Assembly: GCF_006345805.1 (NCBI RefSeq)
Contig: NC_042997.1
Span: forward strand, 85,684,001 to 85,748,000
Reading direction: 5' to 3'
Length of the DNA stretch: 64,000 nt
Source of the DNA: Octopus sinensis
Taxonomy: Eukaryota
Shown here in pieces: positions 13,041-25,720 of this stretch; position 1 is the first letter of the stretch, and every line of letters begins with the position of its first letter. The notes beneath the pieces were generated by a model. It was given only the letters and a program-made list of their open reading frames with translations, was not told the DNA's origin and did not search any database. The position numbers and the translations under genes are program-made.

Positions 13041-13714
13041 ACAGATGCAATGTCTTTGAGCATAAGTCTGCTCCTCAATTAGGGACAACATGACAAAAAT
13101 ATTCTCATTGTGAAAAATGGCCAGGCTAAAAGATTTTAACATGATCTGAATTCATGACCTTTTTGCCACTAGTAACATTTTTTGTCAATTTTACAACCTT
13201 TGAGCCACTTCTCTTTTACACGAGTGCCAAGCCTAAGCCTAAGCCCTAACCTAACACCGCACCACCATGCCACACTATACTGTTACCGCAAATAGATGAG
13301 GTGTGAGTAGCAAAACTGAGGTGAGAATATTTCAACTTTTATAATAATATATTCTGGCACATCAAAACAAGCTTCAGCCAACAGCAACCAACAGCATCTT
13401 TCCAAAATTTCTCCCTAAGGTAATTAGAAGAAAGCTTTATTGCCAAATTCTCTCAATAACATCAATACTTATTTTAAAGTATTTTCTGGAAAAGTTTCAC
13501 AATTTTTATTTATTTATTCTATTTGTTTGGATTTTTTTTTTATTATATATCATATACTTTTTAATGTTTTTTATGCATTATTTTGCTTTTCAAATTAGAT
13601 TTTAGAGGAAGGATGTAAGTCAGATTTTTAAGTCTTTCCAACTAACTTTGGCATTGTATTATTTCAGTTTTTGTTTTATTTTTAGTTTCTTGTTAGTTTT
13701 CTTTTTCTTTGCAG

Positions 13715-13785
13715 GGGTGAAAGAAGCCAAAACTGTCTTCTTTGATGGATTACTGAAAAAACTCTTTCAAATAATTTTAACGCAA
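13715..13785 (+). CDS. Candidate internal exon (xG-VKEAKTVFFDGLLKKLFQIILTQ) of an unidentified gene
   Basis: Strong acceptor TTTTCTTTTTCTTTGCAG and donor CAA|GTAATG; preceded by a 100-nt intron-like segment (GTAAGT at 13615, CTAAC branch-like site); only one frame is open; no protein homology recognised. Confidence 0.3.
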
Positions 13786-13900
13786 GTAATGATTTAGGTC
13801 CCAGACTTCCAAATGAAGTATTGCATATGTATAGTGATATAGATTAGATAATATTCTGCTAAAAATGATTCTACTGCTGCTGCCACTGCTGCTGCTTTTG

Positions 13901-13936
<36 letters not shown>

Positions 13937-14432
13937 TTGTTTCATTATCTATGTCAGAAGAGAAGGAATAATGTTCATAACCATTCCAGGCCCAGCAAGT
14001 CTACTGAGATAGATATGATTAGTGTCCATAAACATGTATAAGAGGGAAAAAATTAAATAAAACGAAGCTAGTCTGAGTAAATGGTGATCATCATAATCAT
14101 CATCATCATTATTTTAGTATCCACGTTTTCATGCTTGCATGGATTAGATGGAATTTGCTGAAGTGATTTTTTCTACAGTTGGATGTCCTTTCTATTGCCA
14201 ACCCTCACCTGTTTCCAAGTAAGGTAATATTTCCCCATGACTAGACATGTTTACATGGAAGATTGGAAACGAAACACTCTGCTTGCACAACAGTGATACT
14301 TGTCTACAACTATCATACAATGTCATTAACTTTACTACAACCATCAGCATAGTTTCATTGTTGATATTATGAGTTTGGAAACAGAAATTTATGCATTACA
14401 TCATAGATGTGTTGTTTGTTTACATTCTAGAT

Positions 14433-15003
14433 CAGTGATTCTCAACTAGGGTCCATATAAGATTTCTGGAGGTCCATGCAAACAAACTAGAAAAAAGGGG
14501 ATCCACTGTAGTATTTTAATCCTTTAGCATTCAGATTATTCTAAAGCTTATGTATTTACACTATGTTAAATTAATCATGCATTATATCATGGCTTTGAGA
14601 TTTCCATGATGTGATTGTTTACTTTTAAAATAACACATTTTAGGCTCATCTATGAAAGACCATGTCTGACCAGTTTGAAGATAAAACAGGTAGAATATTT
14701 TGGCTAGATATGGCTGGTTTAAACACTAAAAAGTTAAAGGTCAATGAGAATATTTTCCTTTAAATGCATTTATTGCAAGAAACAACTAAGCTTCTTTCTC
14801 AACATGCTTCCAGCCACTGAAACATGTTCTCTCAAAAAGTAATATTGCAAACTTAATGAGGGAACATATTGAAAAACAAAACAGGAATTTTGAAAGAAGT
14901 ATCTATAAAATTAGTTTTTAAACATTGAATAGCTGTGGGAGTCCATCAGAATAAAATAGTTATCAAAGGGATCCATACGTAAAAAAATTGTTGATAATCA
15001 CTG
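14433..15003. mobile_element. hAT (Charlie-like) MITE
   Basis: TIRs CAGTGATTCTCAAC / GTTGATAATCACTG; perfect 8-bp TSD TTCTAGAT at 14425-14432 and 15004-15011. Confidence 0.92.
14520..14733 (+). mobile_element. piggyBac-type MITE nested in the hAT MITE
   Basis: TTAA|TCCTTTAGCATT...ACACTAAAAAG|TTAA; inverted paralogue at 42589-42808. Confidence 0.8.
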
Positions 15004-15799
15004 TTCTAGATCTTTCCCTTGCTGACTCTGGAAAATCTTAGAGGAGAACTTTTATAATTTTGATGGTGTGGCCCTTTATGCTGAATTATGTACATTTAGT
15101 GGCCTTATATAGTAGTAAGTTTTTACAATAGCAAATTTTTCACTTACTGTTCACACTTCATGTACAAAGGCAATTAGTTTACTCATTTGTGTTTCTTGTT
15201 GACAGTTCCCATAGACCTTAGATAATCTGCCACGGAATTATAGTTGATGGTTAGTGAATTTATTATTCACTTTGCACTTAATGCTAGTGTCTAATTATCT
15301 TGTATATTTTTTGAGTCTCTTGATACTTGTTTGGAGACAGGTCATCCATTTTAGTTGATTTTTTTCCTCCTTTTCAATCTTTGTTACTCTCATTTGTTGA
15401 TGAATGATAATTGCAGGATAGCATAGATGATATAGTAGAATTTTCAATGCTCGAGAGATGTAAGATTATTGATTTTCTATGTTTTGAATACTGTCCCCAA
15501 AACTTCTGCAACTGATACAAGCCTGGTAAAAATTGGTTATCATTTTTGAAACAAAGATATGACGAAGCACCTTTTTCATGGAAGGCTGTAGCTGTAATCA
15601 AGCAATGGAAAGTAACTAAAGCATGTGGAATTATTACTATATATACCATGGCTAGTGAAGAAACTGGGTTCGGCTATCACAAATTGCAGAATTACTGAAG
15701 GATCGAAAAGCCATTGCTTAGATGTGTAGGGGAAGAAGAAGGAAGGTGACATGCACAGACTGGTGCTGTTATAGTAACCAGTATGCTTCATGTAGTTCC

Positions 15800-16110
15800 T
15801 TTCCATCATTTAACATCCAATTTCCATCCTGACATCGGTTGGATGGTTTGACTGGAACTGCTAAGCCAGAGAGCTGCACCAGGTTCCAATCTGATTTGGC
15901 ATGGTTTCTACAACTGAATGCCCTTCCTAGTACCAACAATTCCAAGAGTGTAATAGGTGCTTCTTACACAGGTGCAATCTAAATGACATTGGCAATGGCC
16001 ACGATTACAGTTTCTTGGCTTGACGGGTCATGGTCACTTGTCAACTACCCCATGAGGCCTCACATTTGAAGGTCATACGTTATACTTCCCCTCCATGTCC
16101 CTCACCTCTG
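15800..16110 (-). mobile_element. Diverged RTE 3' fragment
   Basis: GCTGCACCAGGTTCCAATCTGATTTGGCATGGTTTCTAC...GCCCTTCCTA and GAGGCC.CACATTTGAAGGTC, as in the copy at 2960. Confidence 0.7.
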
Positions 16111-16116
16111 TGAGGG

Positions 16117-16227
<111 letters not shown>

Positions 16228-16582
16228 ACATATAAGGGATGGCCATAATAGGACATCCGACTCACTAGAGCAGCCAAACTCCAAACCACTAATAGTTGTA
16301 ATTCTGAAATGGAAAGAGAAATAAAAACGTTTACCCTCTCCTTTCTGGACTATGCATAGTTTCAGCAATCATTTGTAAATAAATTAATTTAATTTATTTA
16401 TTTACCACTGGCGTTGCCTCGTCAGCAGAAAAGCCAAGGACTAACATATATCCACGAGGCGACGATAAACATGCCTCAAGTCTCTATGCCATAAATTTTC
16501 AAAATCCACCACTCTCGTGCGGTTTACTCAGCAGTAAATATAAACTGTCGATTTAATTTCAAAATTAGCCAAAAAATCATTA

Positions 16583-16664
16583 ATTAATAAATTTTAGGGT
16601 AGCAAAAAATTCTAGAAAAATTTTTCTAGTATTTTTCTAGAATTTTTTGCTACCCTAAAATTTA

Positions 16665-16669
<5 letters not shown>
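16583..16669. repeat. Perfect 38-bp-arm inverted repeat
   Basis: ATTAATAAATTTTAGGGTAGCAAAAAATTCTAGAAAAA / TTTTTCTAGAATTTTTTGCTACCCTAAAATTTATTAAT with an 11-nt spacer. Confidence 0.95.
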
Positions 16670-16721
<52 letters not shown>

Positions 16722-16962
16722 TAATTAAGGGCTAAAGAGGGTTATTCTAAAGCCAAATACACTGTTTTATCCACTTATAATCCGCTTGTTACAGGAAAAT
16801 TGAAACTGAAAACGGGCAACTAACCTTTAGAAAAGGTTTTTTAAATATACTGCCCACGCTTCCTGATGAATTCCTTTGCTGTAGAGTAAGGGACTTCATC
16901 CTATATTGCTTAGTATATATATATATATATAGATATATATATATATATATACATATTTATAC

Positions 16963-17022
<60 letters not shown>

Positions 17023-17091
17023 ATACATATGTTATATATGTGTGTGTAGATATATATGTTATGTATATATCTGTTATATTTGTGTTATATA

Positions 17092-17122
<31 letters not shown>

Positions 17123-17129
17123 GTATGTG

Positions 17130-17350
17130 TGTGTATATATATATAAAGCTGAGAATGTGTGTCAGTCTGTATATCTGTATGTGTGCATCACTAAAACTCA
17201 AGAACTACCCAACCGATTTTTTCATTCAAAATTTACACATGCACACATGCCTTACTTAGAGTCCATGCAGTGTCATGGGCCAAAAAGATTTTTGATGTCT
17301 TGCCTTATGCAAGCCCAGAACGATCTCTTATCTCTTACACTATTTCAGTA
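17130..17350 (+). mobile_element. Helitron-like non-autonomous element, 5' portion
   Basis: TATATATAAAGCTGAGAATGTGTGTCAGTCTGT...ACCCAACCGATTTTTTCATTCAAAATTT resembles microsatellite-bearing non-autonomous Helitrons (pattern recognition only). Confidence 0.45.
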
Positions 17351-17731
17351 ATACATGTCAAAAGTAAAACACCAACATCTCTACTGTAATGTGAGGTGAA
17401 GAAGAGAAAGAAAGAACTGAGGGGAGAGGCAAGTAAGAGTATGAAAGGGAAGAAGGCAATAAGTGGAGTGGGGTTTATGAACGCTGTTTTAAGTGACCTA
17501 TATCAAATTGATGTTTGATACTGAGGGATGTAGAGAGGGGAAGATAGAGTGAGGAAGATGCATATGCATCTGTATATTTAGAAAGAGAGAGAAAGAGATA
17601 GGGAGAGGAAGTGTGCTCTAATATTTATATCAGAAAGAGTAAGAATAAAATTCACGTGCATATGAAAATATATGCATATATACATACATGAAGATGATAT
17701 ATACATATATATATATACATATAAATATATG

Positions 17732-17795
<64 letters not shown>

Positions 17796-17976
17796 TAGAT
17801 AGATAGATAAATAGCTACACACATACACACATATACACTCATTTGTATACATATGCATACACATAACACATATCTAGGCATGTATGTACACATGCACATA
17901 TAAAAGACATATAGACAGCTACCTCTACATGCTCACAATACATATATATATGTATGTATGTATATATATAGATGTG

Positions 17977-18009
<33 letters not shown>

Positions 18010-18099
18010 ATCTCTCTCTCTCTCTCTCTACATATATATATATATGTATATACACACACATAATAAACATACATGTACACGTACATGCACATATGCATA

Positions 18100-19541
18100 C
18101 ATACACACATATAAGAACCATAGAAGCAGCTACCTCTACACACTCTCAGTAATATCCATGTGTATATAAAACATTAATACATGTAAAATGCCCTTGCATG
18201 TTTAAAACTTATATATACTAGTATTCGTACCATAATATATGTACATAAATCAATAAGATAAAATAAAACAGAAGATTTTTTCAAGAATATCATACAGTGG
18301 AATGTGGCTCTTTGAGGGAAAAAGTACACCTAATTTATTAAGTACAAAACAGCATAGTAAATATTATAAGAAGAGAATTGAATAATAAAACAATAATATT
18401 GTGGGAGGAAAAACGAATAAGATTGAATAATAGCATTATTGAATAACCCTACTCAATAAATTTTATTAAATTATTATAGTAATTTTGAGTGGTAAAATAA
18501 TAAATGTGTAGGCCCTTGCAATTCCTTCAATATATACAAAATCAATTAATTTGCCTCTGGACATGTGTGTAAAATATAAGTTTAAAAAATTAGAAATTAA
18601 AAATTAAATTTGGTTAACAAAAGTTATGGGTAAGATTTAGTACAGTTTGACAGAAAAACAAGGGTAGGCATTAAAAACTATCAAAAATCAAGACAGCTTA
18701 CGAAAAATCAAAAGTTTTTTATTGTGTATGCTGGAATAAATGTTGATTTATTTGGTGGAAGTGGAGGGAATGCTGAGATCAAAGATTTGCTATCCGTAGG
18801 GGATAGTTTGCAATTTCATAAGATATTAGTGAGTCTACAATGGCTCAAGAGCTCTATCTTTCAGTTTAGAGAATGTTAATCCTGGAATAGAATATAGAAC
18901 TTTTCACTCAGGCATAAATTGCATCTTATAGAGGTTCTGAATACCCTGTGCCTGTATGATACAGCCTTTCCAAAAGCAGCCTAGTGGATTTTAAATAGCG
19001 AAGACTGTGTTTTTTTCCATGTGCCACATATGATTACCTAGGCTCATTGCAGATCTGTTTCCTGAATATTTAAAAGAATTTCTATATTGGTAAAATCTTG
19101 TTTTAAAGGAATTCACTGTTGAGCCTGCGTACAACCTGTATTCTCCCATGTTGATTGTTCAACTAAAACCCCTCAAGACGGTGCTACAGATGGCTGCAAT
19201 TAAATGACTGAAACAAGCAAAAGAATATAAGAATATATATATAAAATGCTTCAAATGACCCATCCTTGTTTTTCTGTCACCTAGTTGTCCAGATGTTTTG
19301 CATTCTTGTCCCATTTTGTATTTTATATATATAAGGATATATATATAAACAATTGCAGTGTGGAAGGTGTTTATAAGCCATTCAAGAAACATTCACTTCA
19401 ACATTTAAATTTAATTTGTCAAAAAATTTTTGTCACTTTGAGACCGCGACCTGTTCACTGACAAAATTCTGTGCTGCATACACGGATATTACTGAGAGTG
19501 TGTAGAGGTAGCTGCCTCTATGGTGCTTATATGTGTGTATG
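18100..19541. repeat. Pair of about 65-bp inverted repeats (18100-18165 and 19478-19541) about 1.3 kb apart
   Basis: CATACACACATATAAGAACCATAGAAGCAGCTACCTCTACACACTCTCAGTAATATCC versus its reverse complement GGATATTACTGAGAGTGTGTAGAGGTAGCTGCCTCTATGGTGCTTATATGTGTGTATG. Confidence 0.9.
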
Positions 19542-21139
19542 ACTTTTAATTACCATTATTGTCAGGATCCTGATGCAGGGGTAGCTACATTTGTGGAATT
19601 ATATTATAAGGGATGGGGTGATACAGACAGTCACAGAAGGTAAGGATTTCTATAGTTTCTGCCTATCAAATTGTTTTACAGGGCTGTAATAAACACTTAC
19701 CCATGATGCTATGCATTGGAATCAAACCTGAAACCCAACTATTTTGAAGCAAACTTCTCAACTCCCACAGCTATGCCAGCCCTTAATTTTTCAATACCTA
19801 CAATCCACTGTCAAGGTAATTATCATCAATATTTGTAATATAAAGAAAATATGTTATAAAAAATATATAAATTTATGTACCAAAATAAAAGCAAGAAAAT
19901 CTATAAAGTATGGAATTTCCACAGATCTTTTTACTAATGATAATTGAACTAAAAAAATATTCCCCCATTTACAGGCGCTCTTAATTATTCCTATTAAGGC
20001 TGTGATTAGGAACCAAATAATACTTCATTATTTTCTTTTGTTTCTATTGTACACACACACACACACACACACACATACGTGTGTGTGTCCACCAACACAC
20101 ACATACAGCAATTGGTGATTGACTGGAAATTAGGGTAAACTAACTCTCCTTCTTCCCCTTCTTCTCAAATGGGAAAAAATGTGTAATAAAGTCAATATAA
20201 TAGCTATAGGGAGTTATAAACTAGGTGAAACTAGTAGTTATTACAGCTGACATTTTCATTATTTTATTTAATTTGTCTTTTCTTGTGTCTTGCTTTTTGT
20301 CACAACAAACTTATAGGAATTTCAAAGTAAATATTTCTTATATTAATAATACCAACCAAGAAACAAAAACCTGTTCTGAATTTCATGCAGCCATTATCAA
20401 CCCCCAGTTACTTAAAAGCACCAGTATATTGTAGTATATTGTAGTATAAAGCACCAGTATATTGCAGGCAAACCAGTTCCACAGGTCAAGAACAAATGAA
20501 ACAAGTGAAAGATGGTGATGACGTGATTTCACAAGCAAAACTTGATGAAGAGGGCTGTCTATGTCAGCTGCAGGTTCCCTGATAGCTAATAAAACCAATA
20601 CAAGATAGACAGGCCCCAACCACAGTAGCAACAAGGGGAAGTTTATTTCAGCATCAGTACTGATGTGTCATAGTCATTTCTTAATCTTCTGTCCTCAAGT
20701 TCAGCTCAGCTTGGTATATTGCCAAGCATTATGATTAGGGAGTATAGCAAGCTACTAATTCTAAATATAAAGTCTTCTATCTATGCTTTATTTGGTGAAT
20801 ATAAAAGTACTTAAAAATTTATAGTAGTTTAAGTAATTTATGATTATACACAAAACTATATAAATATCATTTTTCATCAATACAAAATACACCAAGATAT
20901 TTTTAATTGTTCTGAAGTGTACCGTGGTTTAAAAAAAAATCACTACTTCATATGACTACTATTTTCGTTTATCATGGGTGTTTGGTTCCAAAACAAACAA
21001 AAAGCCAAAACTGGTAAATGAATCAGTGAAAAATGAATTAGAGAGCACGTGGGGAAAATACACTTCATTCCCAAATCCTAAGTTGTCCCCTAACTTATCC
21101 AAATAACTTCTCCAAACAGTATTACAAACACAATGAATT

Positions 21140-21440
21140 GCTTCATCATCATCATTTAGTGTCCATTGCTGAAGCTGGCATGGGTTGGACGGTTTAACCA
21201 GAGCTGGCAAGCTGGGGAGCCGCACCAGACTCCAGTCTGATTTGGCATGGTTTCTATGGCTAGATACCCTTCCTTTACAGAGTGTGCTGGGCGCATTTAC
21301 ATGGTACTTCACATGGGCATTTTTACATGGTGCCACACGGACTTTTTTATGTGGCACCACACAGGTGGCACTGCATGGGCTCTTTTATGTGAAACTGCAC
21401 AGGCACTTTTATGTGACACTACCACAAGTACTTTCACCAC
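21140..21440 (-). mobile_element. RTE-type 3' tail with internal ~22-bp degenerate tandem units
   Basis: (CAT)n TTTAGTGTCC...GCATGGGTTGGACGG...CTCCAGTCTGATTTGGCATGG; repeated TTTTA(C/T)(A/G)TG(G/A)C units. Confidence 0.7.
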
Positions 21441-23499
21441 CAGAGGAACCAGTCTTAACACTTCTGCAGAGTATGGGTCTTCTTGAGTATAGCAAGGCAC
21501 CAGGCTGGAATAATATTTAGAGTAAAATTTAACAAGATGTGATTTAAAATTTAATAACATAGTAAATAATAAAGAATATATCAGTGAAAAATATTTTTTC
21601 TGTTCATTGGTGTTATGTTGATGGTTACTTGTACATAAATCTGTGTGAAAAATACACTGACAGACAGGAGAGAGATGTAAACACAAGTGATAATCATTGC
21701 ATTCTGGGTGGCTGAGCATTTGAATGGTCGCTGGGGATTTTTTTTGTGGTCTAAACGAAATCTTTGACTGATTGCCAACTAGTGTTATCACTATTCAGTT
21801 TGTGTTAAGTGTAACATGGTTCGCAATTCAGTGTACCATGTATCCCAGATGAGTGATAAATGAAGATAGATATAAGCTATAATACTGAGAAGGAAAACAA
21901 CAGTGAATGTAATGGGATACAAGTGTGTGTTCTAGAAACAACAGCCAAATCTCCCTTAAATTAAACACCTTTTCATCTGAAAATATTTACAATTTTTATT
22001 TTTTTTTTTTACCGGAAAGGTTTCTCCCATGATTCTTGAGTGCATATTGGTCAAAAACTTTGGACAACTCAGTCCCGAGGTGAGGTGTGTGAAAAAAATT
22101 ATAAACTTTCAAAAATTGTTTTTCATAAAAAGATTCCACCCATCATTTCAAAAGCTGTGGTGAAAAAAAAAATGGAAAAATTTCACTCAAAATAGAGAAA
22201 ATCCAACCTGTATGAGCATCCTGATCCAAAACTCAGCTGATCATCTGCAAATAGTTTCAAATTGCTTACTTTTTCTACCAAAAAGGCTACTCTCATGGTT
22301 TTTAAGTGTGTAGTACAAAAAAAAAAAATAGGCCAAAATCAATCAGGATGGTGTGGAGAGGGGAGATGAAAAAATCATAAATTTTAAAAAATTTCTTTTC
22401 ACAAAAAGATGTATGCAACTTCCTTACAAATAGCAAAATCAGCTGCTACATATGTGGCACTCATAAATTAGGTTAGCATCATGGTGCAGAACTTAATTTG
22501 CATATCTCTACGTTTGATTGCTAATCATTAATTGAACAATATGAATTTTTATGAACAACACAGCATAAATGAGATGAAAGGAAATACATTTAAATATTAC
22601 TATGTCTCCCTGTAGGTGAAATAAAAATGTAGACATACAGTATATGCTATTGACATACAAAAGAAAAGAAATGGGTAGTCTCCTGGCAGACGGTTTGATG
22701 GTTTGTTGACTATTCTTCAGTGAAGATGTACTCAGCTTCCTTCCCTAGTCAATAGATGTGGCTGCGGGGTCACCCCGGAGGCTCCTGGAGAGAAGGAGAA
22801 AAGCATTAACACTGCGGACAATGCACAGATATTTAACAGACTAGACATGCTCACGCAGCGTGTACCACAAGTGGAAGCACCGAGGAATAGTGGTGCCACC
22901 CAGGTTAACTTCAGTGCCTAATGTGGTAATACAGACCTAGGTGTGGACGGACAAATTACAGAGACCTGCAAAGTCTCTCAAAAGCACAAGGTTTACATTG
23001 TGACGTGCGCCAGGGGCATGGTGGTCAAGCGCATGATTGCCAGAATTGGGTCAGTGATTGAAGTGAGATTGGCAGCTGAAGCAAAGCTGGAATGCACTAA
23101 ATGCATATTGGTCAACAGAGAGAGGTACATGGGGTTAAAAGAGACATTTGGTTCACTAGTTGACCAGTTGGGAGAGGAGGTGGAACATGAGACCCTACCT
23201 CTGGTCATGGATTGCAAAGACATGGTGCAGTACATGAACTAAGTAAATACAGTTTCCCACAGTGCAGAGCTGCTATGATGCAGCTGGAATTGGTTACAAA
23301 CGCCAACAGCAAGTAGCGTGGGAGAGTCCAATATTACAACTTAACAAAACAGGATACCTTCGCAGCAGAAAAACAAAAAACACATCTATGCCAAGTGACA
23401 CTTATTTTGGAGTCAAACATTTTTGGATAAACTATGAGAGAAAAAAAAGAAAAAAAGATTTAAAATGTATTAAATGTAACTGCTCAAGTGCCGGGTTTG

Positions 23500-23920
23500 A
23501 GTAACCATCATTCATTTGCTTTATTTTTTCTTCCCTGCTTCATGTTTTGTCTGTCCTTGTATTGTCACCTTTGTATTTCACCCCTTGTGGGTAATAAAGA
23601 ATTAGTGGAGTAAACCCGAGAGGAGAAGAGGTAGAATATGATACCCTACCTCCAGCTGTAGATTACAAAGACATAATACATGAACTCATAAATACAGTAA
23701 GTAAAATTTTAAATGATGAAAATCTGATAAAAAAAAACTGAAAACAAAAACAGTTAACTGTAACCACCCAAGAGTGGGGTTCAAATGGTCATTTTACCTT
23801 CATTTTTATATAATTTCACCTTTCATCCTTTTCTTGTTTTGTCCCCACTTGTATTGTTCTGTCTGTCCTTGTGCCATCCACTCTGTGTTTCAGGCCTTTG
23901 TGCCTAATAGAGAATTAAAT
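23500..23920 (+). mobile_element. Two related L1/Tx1-like 3' tails in tandem
   Basis: Both pyrimidine-rich, both contain TGTCTGTCCTTGT, and they end CCTTGTGGGTAATAAAGAATTA (~23605) and CCTTTGTGCCTAATAGAGAATTA (~23917). Confidence 0.5.
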
Positions 23921-24295
23921 CTTTGTATAGAAATGATTTTGGTCTTATATTTTGAAAGTGTCTAAAATATGTTTTCCTGAAGTTATTATTTTACTTGGCT
24001 GTGTGAAACTAAGGTGAGCTTTGTTTGTAAATTTGTTGGAGTTATTTGTCAAAGCTAATTGTTGGTTGAAGAACTGTTCTTATTGCTGTTGAAAGCAACC
24101 TGTTTCAAATTCCCCCGTGTGTGGGAATTATTATTGTTTAAAATTTCTGTACAGCGTCAAGCCAATTTTTCTATGGGAAGTAACCCCAAAATTTGTGTGT
24201 TCAGCATTGGCCATTTTCCATGACTCAATGGAGTTGAAAGTTATACTCTGAAACTGTCACCAGTATCATCGGTGGAATCACCATTGTCTCAAACC

Positions 24296-25709
24296 ATGAA
24301 AACACCAGTCATGTCACCACAAAATGTGGCAACAAAAAAAAGGAAAAGAAATATGGATGTACCTAGTTTGTCTACCGGTGAGTCACTGGTAACTCCTGAA
24401 AAATGAATTTGCTGGCAGCCTTGTCAAAAAAGGAGTTAAATCTGAAAAGAAATATTGAAGTACCCAGTTTGTCTACCAGTGAGTCACCTGTGACTCCCGG
24501 AGAAAAAAATTCATCAGCAGTGTCACCTAAAAGACTTAAGTTTTGCAGCCGCAGCTGGCAAGAAGAGAAAAAACATAACTATAGAGAAAAAGGAACTTGC
24601 CAAGTATAAAGAGATGCTAAGAAAGGAGGGGTCAGAGGTTAAAGTGGCCCCTCCAAACACCATAATGAAAAACACAAATAAAACAACTATTGTGTACAAA
24701 ATGTTCAACATAAAAGCAAAGAAATAGATAAGGTATCCAAAGAAGCAGTGGAGGAGTGTCTAAAGCTGATATGGCAAGATATCACTTACCTAACGAGAGG
24801 AAAAAGTTTCTGATGATTGAAGTAAAGATGGCTATGGGGGAGAAGGTGAAACATCACTCCAAACCAACCTTAAAAACAGAAGTAATTTTCCTCCCCACTT
24901 ACAAGGGGAGGAGAACTTCAAGGATAAAGATAGTGAATATCCCACTGGAAATGGATGCTGCCTGGTTAGTGACAACCACAACCATAGACCTGGAGGAGAA
25001 GATTACACTCCTCCAAGCTACAGTTACAGAAAAACAGATTTGGCAGGGGCAAAGCTTCAATATCTTGATACAAGCAGAACCCCTGACACTAAAAGACATA
25101 CCAGAGGTGATTCATGTGGGAGAGGCCAGATTGGTCATCTCTGTAGAAGGATGTAAGCCCAGATGCTTTAACTGCAGCAAGAAAGGCCACATAAAGGCCA
25201 AATGCAACCCTCCTCGGGAAGAGCTAGATGAGGAAGAAGAGGAAAAGACAATGACAAGTGAACCTGCAACACCAACTCTAGAAGCAGCAGCAAAGAGAAA
25301 TGGGAGAAGTGGTCAACAGTGAAAAGAAAGCTCACCCAAACCTCCCCTTCAAAACCTACCAACATCAATGTCAGCCATAAAATTAAAAAAGCAAAGAGAC
25401 CACCCATTGAGATGGACAAATTGATTGACAACTTGATGGTGATGAGAACATCAAACAACAGGCTATTAAGCCATTTGGCAGTCACCCCAACTGCCAAATG
25501 GATGGATGAACACTCATCAAAAAACTATCACGTCTACCAAATTGCCGGAAAAAAATTATAATATAATGAAAAATGATTTCAGGGATGATGTAGGCCCATT
25601 GCGGAAAGATTTCTCACTGCTAATATTCGAAGGCCTACCTCCTGCAACTCCACAAGCCCGTGACAAAGGAAAAGAGGTGGATGAGAATCCACCTCCCACC
25701 ACTGATTAA
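24296..25709 (+). pseudogene. ORF1 (gag-like, zinc knuckle) of the L1/Tx1 element, frameshifted
   Basis: Track ORFs 24403, 24756, 25319 and 25506 are pieces of it; stop at 25707-25709, 11 bp before the ORF2 ATG. Confidence 0.75.
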
Positions 25710-25720
25710 AGTAGGTCACA

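Noticed and set aside
13228-13255. AAGCCTAAGCCTAAGCCCTAACCTAAC, telomere-like
   Set aside because: Only about one true CCCTAA unit; too short to be an interstitial telomere
15400-15760. Possible RTE-X-like 3' ORF remnant (also 40250-40470)
   Set aside because: Only vague motif similarity (ELLKDRK; WKWTPQTGRR); not supportable without alignment
16862-16900. CTGATGA hammerhead core start
   Set aside because: No matching stem II or GAAA half downstream
18634-19140. Open frame FIVYAGINVDLFGG... with a GTGAGT donor
   Set aside because: Downstream segments do not splice in frame; it may be a very decayed LINE endonuclease, but the similarity is too weak to call
21980-22570. Possible DNA-transposon subterminal region with two similar internal units
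   Set aside because: No TIR pair or TSD was found, so the family and boundaries cannot be supported
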